DNA from: Amoeboradix gromovi X-113
Lineage: Eukaryota > Fungi > Sanchytriomycota
Length of the DNA: 5,520 nucleotides
NCBI GenBank assembly: GCA_018985225.1
Contig: JADGIF010000649.1
Coordinates: 1 to 5,520, forward strand
Direction: 5' to 3'
Position 1 is the first letter of the stretch. Each line of letters begins with the position of its first letter. The notes under the pieces were generated by a model. That model worked only from the letters and a program-made list of their open reading frames with translations. It had not been told where the DNA came from and made no database searches. Below are positions 1-5,520 of the stretch, in pieces. The translations under genes were made by a program, and so were the position numbers.

Positions 1-225
1 CGGGATGAACACTACTCACGCTTTATTTTCTACTCAATGCCATGCACTGGTGCATTTTAGGGTGGTGACAAACAGCTTCATAATTCATGTGTAACTAAGT
101 CAGAGGCTTTGAGTTAGCACTAAATCGCCACATTGTACTATTAGCTATGAAAGCTTTTTATAAAATTTACAGAACTGGACCTCATTAAACTTAACATGGA
201 AATCACATGTATTAACTTTCTGGAT

Positions 226-245
226 TTGATGCACATGTGCATCAA
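226..245. repeat. Perfect 20-bp palindrome TTGATGCACATGTGCATCAA
   Basis: Read directly: TTGATGCACA is the exact reverse complement of TGTGCATCAA. It lies ~55 nt downstream of the CKS1 stop. Confidence 0.9.
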
Positions 246-298
246 GATATGTCTAGGTAAATAAGCAATTTGAATCACACTAATCAAAATAAAAATAT

Positions 299-603
299 TT
301 ATTTTTTTCGTTTAAATAAAAGAATGTGCGGTTCAGGGCCGTGCATGCCAAAATGAACCCAGCCATCTGACTGACAGATGCCTATTTCTCTGGTCTCTGC
401 TTCTGTGAGTAGCCTTGGTTTAACTCTACCTGGTCTAGAAGATGGATCTACATTAATAAGGACTTACCAAGATATTCTGCCGGTAGTAGATTAAGCATTT
501 GTTTTGGTAAATGTACTTGTCTATATGCATATTCATCATCAAAAACTTTATCACTGTAGTATATATCACCTAGAAAGGACTTAAACGAAGTAGCATCTGC
601 CAT
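299..603 (-). CDS. CKS1: Cyclin-dependent kinase regulatory subunit Cks1/Suc1; spliced CDS complement(join(299..447,468..603)), 94 aa
   Basis: Manual translation from ATG at 603 (context ttcaacaATG) gives [45 protein letters not shown]. After removing 467..448 it continues [49 protein letters not shown]. This contains the Cks hallmarks IYYSDK, YRxVxLPK, GIxQSxGW and the [10 protein letters not shown] hinge. The LPKQML..P.EY.DP insert resembles fungal Cks1/Suc1. Absent from the ORF track. Confidence 0.93.
448..467 (-). other. Spliceosomal intron (GT-AG), most likely 20 nt: GTAAGTCCTTATTAATGTAG
   Basis: Canonical GTAAGT donor at 467, a branch-like TTAAT, and a TAG acceptor ending at 448. The unspliced frame hits TAG, and the C-terminal Cks motifs lie in another frame; removing 20 nt restores the frame. 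An alternative in-frame CAG acceptor ending at 430 (38-nt intron) cannot be excluded. Confidence 0.72.
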
Positions 604-1254
604 TGTTGAAAAAGGATTGTTTTACTTTGGCAAAATAAAAAAAATTCTCAAAATTTAAAGCAAGAGCCCCATAGAATATACGTTAAGTTATCCTACATCT
701 CTGCCCAGGATGTCCGTATCATACAATTTGCCTGAAATAAATTCACAGTGATTTTGGTTTTGTTAATTAACAAGGTTGATCCAAGTATTATTCACTTGCA
801 CTTAAAATTGCACAGAAGTAATTATTGTATTTCAGTTATTGCGATAGTACATGCGAGTGTAGTAGCTCACATTTTGGTGCTTTTATAATCTAAAGCAACG
901 CGAATTAGGATATTTCATCCAAAGATCGTCTCCGAGCAAATCATTGTGCCCGCTATAGTGTAGTTTAAATGCAAATAATTATTAAGCGGTTGCCAAGCTG
1001 CTGATTTCGTCTGCAAAATGAGATAGAAATATTCAGGATCGCTGGTGATAGTGTCAAACCTGTGGCAAGGAAGACCATAGAGATATCAATCCAGGTATTT
1101 CATACATATAGGCAAGAACATGCTTTAGTGATATTTCCTTTTAAGAAGTACGAGTCACTCTGAGAATATGAAGAAGCTTCACATTTACCATAGGCATAAA
1201 AACAATGAAAAAAAGATAAAATAGTTATTCTGATAATTTCTAATTTATTTCAAT

Positions 1255-1500
1255 TTATAACTCATTTTTTTGCAAGAGATCCAAGTCCTTTTCAACATAA
1301 GTCATAGTTGTTTGTCTTTTTTGAATCATCTTAATCACATACTTGTGCATTTCGCTTGGACTGATGTTTCTACTATACAAAAATTGTAAAGGATGTTCCA
1401 TTACTACTTTATCCATCGTGTTCCTCAATAAAACGCTCTTATATAAATTAGATGATGACTTGCGGTCAGCAATACTTAGTAATCTGGTTGCAGTCAACAT
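1255..1500 (-). CDS. Small hypothetical protein (81 aa), possible SERTA-like N-terminal motif
   Basis: ATG in an A-rich context (tacaaaccATG) with in-frame stops upstream. AATAAA lies just after the stop (1249..1244), as in the other genes. NLYKSVLLRNTM resembles the SERTA-type LxRSVLIxNTL. No firm family assignment. Confidence 0.5.
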   Translation of the reverse strand: MLTATRLLSIADRKSSSNLYKSVLLRNTMDKVVMEHPLQFLYSRNISPSEMHKYVIKMIQKRQTTMTYVEKDLDLLQKNEL

Positions 1501-1729
1501 GGTTTGTATAGAGCAAGTCGTTTATCACCTTTATGAGCAGATTTTCGTCTGAACTGAGATTAATTTCCTAATTATCAGGAAAATTACTCATTCCTATTTG
1601 ATAACTTTGTAGCAGGTCTAGATTAATTATACAGGTGATTGGTTGAAAATAACTGAAAATTCAATACTTTTTTCCAGAATATTCAATGTGATATTAATAG
1701 AGTCGCGAGCCATTACCGAAACAACGCCA

Positions 1730-2173
1730 ATGAATACTTTGGAAACTCTATCAGTAGGAAAGAGATGCGTATTAGAATACTGTGGGAAAATCGATTATCT
1801 TCCATTTGACTGTCATTATTGCAGAAAAATATACTGTGGAGATCATTTCAAAGAGCATCCCTGTTCCCATATATTGAGAGACAACAGATGCGTAAAATGC
1901 ATGATATGTTCACACCCAATTGCTGTTCCAAACGGAGAGGATCCAAATGTTCGAGTAAATCAACATATTCAAAACAACTGCAAGAAAGTGGATTCCATAA
2001 ATGATAAAATATGCCAGTTTGGGAACCACAAGGTAAGCATAATTACAAACTGCAAAGACTGCCATCTAAGTTTGTGTTTGAAGCACAGACATGGCTCCGA
2101 TCATAAATGTGAACCCAGACCAGCGTTTAAAAGGAGATCGTTCTCAAAGTTAAAAACTTGCCCTGTTCAGTAA
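1730..2173 (+). CDS. AN1-type zinc finger protein, ZFAND2A/2B (AIRAP/AIRAPL)-like, 147 aa, C-terminal CaaX
   Basis: First AN1 finger VGKRC..EYC..IDYLPFDC..C...YC.DH...H.C; middle CxxC..PI.V..GEDPN..V..HI...C module typical of ZFAND2; second AN1 finger C..C....CLKHRH..DHKC; ends CPVQ*. The true start is probably ATG 1730, because the track's 1643 start is a TTG and AN1 proteins begin just before the GxxC motif. Confidence 0.88.
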   Translation: MNTLETLSVGKRCVLEYCGKIDYLPFDCHYCRKIYCGDHFKEHPCSHILRDNRCVKCMICSHPIAVPNGEDPNVRVNQHIQNNCKKVDSINDKICQFGNHKVSIITNCKDCHLSLCLKHRHGSDHKCEPRPAFKRRSFSKLKTCPVQ

Positions 2174-2199
2174 CAAAGAAATAAACAAGTTATAATAAA

Positions 2200-2811
2200 T
2201 CAGAAAGTTTTATTTCTTTTTAGAAAGTTGAAGGTTTTTTGATTCGAATATTTCAAATACGCATGGAATCCTAGCATTCCCACAGATATGAACGACGCAG
2301 GTATTAACAGAGAGAACGCAAAAAACTCAATATTGCTAGACCAGTTATACAATATAAAAATTGTCCAAAAGATGAGAACATTAATCAATAATACCGCAAG
2401 AATAAATAATTTATAATTGTTTTTACCAATAGCATTGCCAAGTATGAAGCAGTAGTGGTCAAATTGTTCTACGCACCTGCCAACATTGTAGCAATGATAG
2501 ACATGTTCATTTTTGAAGGTCCGACAAATGGAACAGTATTTTTCGTTGTAAGTAGGCAGCGTGAATCTTATGTTTTCCCTTGATTTAAACTTGGCCTTCA
2601 AGGAACAAGCAAAATCATCCAATGATCTGCTGTTTGTTACAATTGGGGTTCCCAAAAAGCCGGGATTTGATTTTTTTACCTTGAAGTTTAATAAGATACT
2701 ACATAATCCCAGAGCGTAATAAATTATGATCCATTCAGGTATTCTTTCAGACTCACATAACTTAGAGACTGTTATAACAAGATATATCATATAGAGTAAG
2801 AGAAGAAACAT
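2200..2811 (-). CDS. DHHC-family protein S-acyltransferase (palmitoyltransferase), DHYC variant, minimal 203 aa
   Basis: Two N-terminal hydrophobic helices, NPG (DPG-like) motif, cysteine-rich domain YCSICRTFKNEHVYHCYNVGRCVEQFDHYCFILGNAIGKNNYKLF, two further TM helices, and a degenerate TTxE (NQKTFN). The frame stays open 16 codons upstream of the ATG, so the start is slightly uncertain. Confidence 0.88.
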   Translation of the reverse strand: MFLLLLYMIYLVITVSKLCESERIPEWIIIYYALGLCSILLNFKVKKSNPGFLGTPIVTNSRSLDDFACSLKAKFKSRENIRFTLPTYNEKYCSICRTFKNEHVYHCYNVGRCVEQFDHYCFILGNAIGKNNYKLFILAVLLINVLIFWTIFILYNWSSNIEFFAFSLLIPASFISVGMLGFHAYLKYSNQKTFNFLKRNKTF

Positions 2812-3172
2812 TGGCCTAGTTGGGGATGCAAAGCGAACTTTGCTAGAGAGATCATAGAATTAAGCAGTGCTCCGTCTTATTTAAATCTCGATCCCGTATT
2901 GAGATTGCTGTGTGAAAATGGCCAACTACTAGCCCGCTAAGGATCTACGATGTCAATTTGATTATTCACATGCAGTTAACATCTGTGCACAAAATTATCC
3001 TAGTCGATATCGGCGTTGTAATCCCTATCAAAATTCTGCACTCTGTTTATACCTCGAAAGTCGTTTATCACCGCTGATTTAGGTACTGATGGAGCCTTAC
3101 TGACAAGATTCTTTCAAATATCCTCACAGAAAACTGTTTCTTCTCTCTTTAGTCTTGAAGTACAAGTTAGGA

Positions 3173-3221
3173 ATTATCTAAGATTTTACTCTGCAACTCA
3201 GAATGATGATTCTTAGATAAT
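3173..3221. repeat. Perfect 11-bp inverted repeat ATTATCTAAGA ... TCTTAGATAAT (27-nt spacer)
   Basis: Read directly at 3173-3183 and 3211-3221. Confidence 0.85.
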
Positions 3222-3239
3222 GCACGGGTAAAGATATAA

Positions 3240-3294
3240 AAATCTGGGCTACGTTAAAATATTACAGTTTACTCCTCGTCAAAAGTCCAGATTT
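3240..3294. repeat. 11-bp inverted repeat with one mismatch: AAATCTGGGCT ... AGTCCAGATTT
   Basis: Read directly at 3240-3250 and 3284-3294. As minus-strand RNA the stem extends by two G-U pairs. Confidence 0.75.
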
Positions 3295-3407
3295 CCGAGA
3301 AAATCGAGAATTTCCACAGAGAAACTAACAATGCTATATGTTCCGTTGCAGTGCCTGCTCACCCTCTCACTACTCATAGGCGGGATTGAATAAGGATGCA
3401 GATACTT

Positions 3408-3700
3408 TTATATGCTCCTTGCAGCCATATGGTCTCTATCTATCTTCAAATGACACTTTGTACAGGTTCAGGTTTCTAAATTAGTTTTCTTTAGAGCACC
3501 ACACCTTGTACATGTCTGACTAGTAAATACTTTATTGCATTCGACCATCGTCTTTCCTCTTTGTTTACACTTGAACTTCAAGCGTTCCTTGAATGTGTAA
3601 TGTGACATTGTGGCCATATTTCTTCAGAACTGCTCGATAAGCTACTTATCATCTGGCTCGTATTGAACGAGGGTAAGTATATCAGATTATATGTCTTTGT
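3408..3700 (-). pseudogene. Degenerate C-terminal fragment of a Fanzor2 / IS607-TnpB-like RNA-guided endonuclease
   Basis: Manual minus-strand translation: TKTYNLIYLPSFNTSQMISSLSSSS / frameshift ~3628-3624 / RNMATMSHYTFKERLKFKCKQRGKTMVECNKVFTSQTCTRCGALKKTNLET*TCTKCHLKIDRDHMAARSI*. It matches the TnpB/Fanzor2 pattern Y..I.LP.F..S.M ... SHY.FK.RL..K ... (E)xxTSxTCxxCG ... CxxC....DRD..AARNI. Internal TGA at 3470-3468; no RuvC-I, REC or WED region recognisable upstream. Confidence 0.88.
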
Positions 3701-3890
3701 CTGCTGTACCTGTTAATTATTTATTTAGAATTGTTTTACCATTTGCGATAAGGAAGACTATCGAGTATTTAAGGTATTGGAAAAGTCTTGAAATGATACA
3801 AAAATGCATACAAATTTGCGATAAATGATTTATTCAAGAAAATAGTCAAGCTGTTGCTATTATAATTAGATAATAGGGTCATTTAAGCAG

Positions 3891-3896
3891 CACGTG
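3891..3896. promoter_or_regulatory. E-box CACGTG (within GCACGTGC) upstream of the SnoaL-like gene
   Basis: Palindromic bHLH-type site ~40 nt upstream of ATG 3938 in AT-rich DNA; function is inferred only. Confidence 0.3.
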
Positions 3897-3937
3897 CAGT
3901 CCAACTTCCATATTGAAATTGTTACCCCTTTATAACA

Positions 3938-4414
3938 ATGGTAGCAGCTGAACAACGACAAGTCGCTAAGACAGTTCATAACGCGCTATACAGCGGTGAC
4001 CTTGCAGAGCAATCCAGAGCTCTAAGTGCACATCTCGATGACGACTGTGTATACACGGACCCACTGTTTTCTTTAAATCAAAAACATGGCATCCAGTCTT
4101 CATTCGCATTAGTCGCTAGATATTTGGGACCCACGCCAACAACTCATAGTATCACCTCGGACCAAAATGTGGTTACAATTGACTGTACTATTCAGTACAA
4201 GTTCTTCTTCTTACCTGTTCCTTTGAGAAATATTATCACTTTTACGTTTGGGGGTGGGAAGATTGTTAAGATTGAGGAAGTTTGGTCATTAAGAGATCTG
4301 TACATGCATGTGCCATTCCTAGGGCCATTATACAAGTCTTACCTTTTGCCATTTAATGGTAGAGTTTTTACCACGTTGGGGCAAGCGTTGATTAAGAAGA
4401 CCAAATCAGAATAA
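3938..4414 (+). CDS. SnoaL/NTF2-like fold protein (DUF2358/SnoaL_2-like), 158 aa
   Basis: LDDDCVYTDPL (D..F.DP motif), a beta-rich core, GKIVKIEEVWS (GkI....d.W), then the LY..VPFLG.LY tail typical of this group. Start context ataacaATG. Confidence 0.78.
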   Translation: MVAAEQRQVAKTVHNALYSGDLAEQSRALSAHLDDDCVYTDPLFSLNQKHGIQSSFALVARYLGPTPTTHSITSDQNVVTIDCTIQYKFFFLPVPLRNIITFTFGGGKIVKIEEVWSLRDLYMHVPFLGPLYKSYLLPFNGRVFTTLGQALIKKTKSE

Positions 4415-4474
4415 ACAAATTAGTCTATTTATTGCACAAATTTCCTTGAACATTCTATAAGGTAGATTTAATTA

Positions 4475-5290
4475 TCAGTCATATTTTTCCAAAATTCGCA
4501 TAGAGTGAGAGTATGCAAAGAAGGTTAAAGCATTTGTGGGTATTGCTCTAAGTAATGTTGCAGTGAGACCTCTAAAGTACCATTTGAAGGGATTGTTTTG
4601 AGCAGCGATTGACCTAAACGTGGCACCATCTGTACTTTGAATAACTGTCTTTGCAACGTCTATTGGATACGTAAACAACCATCCGAAAATACCAGCTAAT
4701 CCACCGTTTATTAGCATCTCGGCATTCGTTGGGTTATCACTGCAGAGGCCTTCGTAAACTGCAAAATAAATTCCGTAGCTTGGAGTATCTCTTAACACGG
4801 TCGCAAATGCACCTCTATATAATCCCTTGATGCCTTTTTCTTTAAGAATCTGTTTGAAGTGAAAGATCGATGTGTTCCCATTGATTTGTGACTTTATTTT
4901 AGTTAGTTCTATAGGCGTTGCAATTGCTGATTGTGTAAATCCTGCAACGCATCCTGCTATATACACATCCCATAATGACGGTCCTGTCAGTGACCCATAT
5001 GCTGTAAACAGTACTGCGTTCACAGCTGCAACGCCATATATTGGACTTGCCATTCCTGCAAAGAAGCCGAATGGTTTCTTAATACTCTTGTATGTCTCCA
5101 TAAAGGTCATGTTTGTAGCCTGTAACTTACATTTAATTATATCAAATGGCTGGCCACAGACTAGTCCACTTATGCCACCTACTAACCCAGATGTAAAATC
5201 CTTCCATATAACTTTTTCTTCTATTATATGTGCAGTTTCCTCAAGCATTTGCTTTTCATGCTGTATAATATTTGAAGTTTTATTCCCCAT
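4475..5290 (-). CDS. Mitochondrial carrier (SLC25), basic amino acid / carnitine-acylcarnitine group (SLC25A29/45-, Ymc1/Crc1-like)
   Basis: Three Px[DE]xx[KR] signatures (PFDIIK, PIELTK, PIDVAK). Group-typical motifs GMASP..G.A.VNAVLF, RDTPSYGIYF, GG.AG..GW...YP and RAIPTNA. Loops are shortened. Confidence 0.93.
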   Translation of the reverse strand: MGNKTSNIIQHEKQMLEETAHIIEEKVIWKDFTSGLVGGISGLVCGQPFDIIKCKLQATNMTFMETYKSIKKPFGFFAGMASPIYGVAAVNAVLFTAYGSLTGPSLWDVYIAGCVAGFTQSAIATPIELTKIKSQINGNTSIFHFKQILKEKGIKGLYRGAFATVLRDTPSYGIYFAVYEGLCSDNPTNAEMLINGGLAGIFGWLFTYPIDVAKTVIQSTDGATFRSIAAQNNPFKWYFRGLTATLLRAIPTNALTFFAYSHSMRILEKYD

Positions 5291-5520
5291 AAAATAAGCT
5301 GATTGTTTGAAAAATCGAATTTCAAAGTATCAAGAACATTAACATGTGGGACATCAAATATGAAAACTGGACTAACTTTTTATAACAACTTGGAACATTA
5401 TTTCAGCTTTATTACTTTATGGATTTAAGAGACGAGTGGACATTCAGCTAGTTGTGGAGTTGACGAATATAAAAGGAGAATAAATAACTTTTTGTATCGA
5501 AATTTCAAAAATAAATATTC

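Larger units (their letters stand above)
3170..3700 (-). mobile_element. Remnant of a Fanzor-carrying (IS607-like) element; boundaries uncertain
   Basis: Fanzor/TnpB pseudogene plus downstream inverted repeats (3173-3183/3211-3221 and 3240-3250/3284-3294), inside an intergenic gap that is unusually long for this window. No transposase, terminal inverted repeat or target-site duplication could be identified. Confidence 0.5.

Noticed and set aside
1005-1163. Start-less open frame FRLQNEIEIFRIAGDSVKPVARKTIEISIQ... as a retroelement protease relic
   Set aside because: No D[ST]G motif or other diagnostic residues; the resemblance is only impressionistic.
1343-1552. 69-aa + strand ORF from the track
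   Set aside because: Starts at TTG, is antisense to the better-supported 1255-1500 ORF, and has no recognisable motifs.
1643-1729. N-terminal extension of the AN1 ORF
   Set aside because: TTG start in AT-rich promoter-like DNA; family similarity begins only after ATG 1730.
1819-2004. 61-aa alternative-frame ORF
   Set aside because: Nested out of frame inside the AN1 gene, non-ATG start, no motifs.
3331-3393. 20-codon hydrophobic ORF MLYVPLQCLLTLSLLIGGIE with an aacaATG context
   Set aside because: Too short, no splice path to a longer ORF was found, and it is antisense to the Fanzor 3' region.
3468-3533. RIP-like hypermutation of the Fanzor remnant (possible GAA>AAA, GCA>GTA)
   Set aside because: Only two inferred CpA>TpA changes, and the ancestral sequence is unknown; insufficient evidence.
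3671-3680. GGTAAGTAT as a + strand splice donor, or ATACTTACC as a U1 snRNA 5' end on the - strand
   Set aside because: Fully explained as the I-Y-L-P codons of the Fanzor-like pseudogene. No U1 stem-loops, Sm site or coherent + strand exon follow.
4872-5297. 141-aa + strand ORF
   Set aside because: Antisense shadow of the mitochondrial carrier, with a GTG start.
1-5520. Alternative genetic code (stop-codon reassignment) to explain internal stops
   Set aside because: Conserved genes end at TAA or TGA at the expected C-termini. The CKS1 TAG is intronic, and the Fanzor remnant also has a frameshift.
1-5520. CRISPR array, tRNA or rRNA genes
   Set aside because: No regularly spaced repeats, cloverleaf/T-loop motifs or rRNA-like segments were seen.

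Overview
AT-rich, gene-dense eukaryotic DNA in the standard genetic code. The proteins look fungal or early-diverging opisthokont, and a conventional mitochondrial carrier is present. Host genes: (1) a Cks1/Suc1 CDK regulatory subunit on the - strand, missed by the ORF track because it is split by an apparently 20-nt GT-AG intron; (2) a small orphan ORF with a SERTA-like motif; (3) an AN1 zinc-finger protein of the ZFAND2/AIRAP(L) type with a C-terminal CaaX box; (4) a minimal DHHC-family palmitoyltransferase with a DHYC variant motif; (5) a SnoaL/NTF2-like protein; (6) an SLC25 carrier of the SLC25A29/45-Ymc1/Crc1 group. The main hidden element is in the 1.1-kb 'intergenic' gap. On the - strand at ~3700-3408 lies a decayed, 5'-truncated Fanzor2/IS607-TnpB-like RNA-guided nuclease gene (RuvC-II region, CxxC..CxxC zinc finger, RuvC-III DRD) with a frameshift and an internal stop. 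It is followed by a hairpin-rich stretch where the omegaRNA and transposon end would be expected. All assignments come from manual translation and motif recognition; no searches were run.
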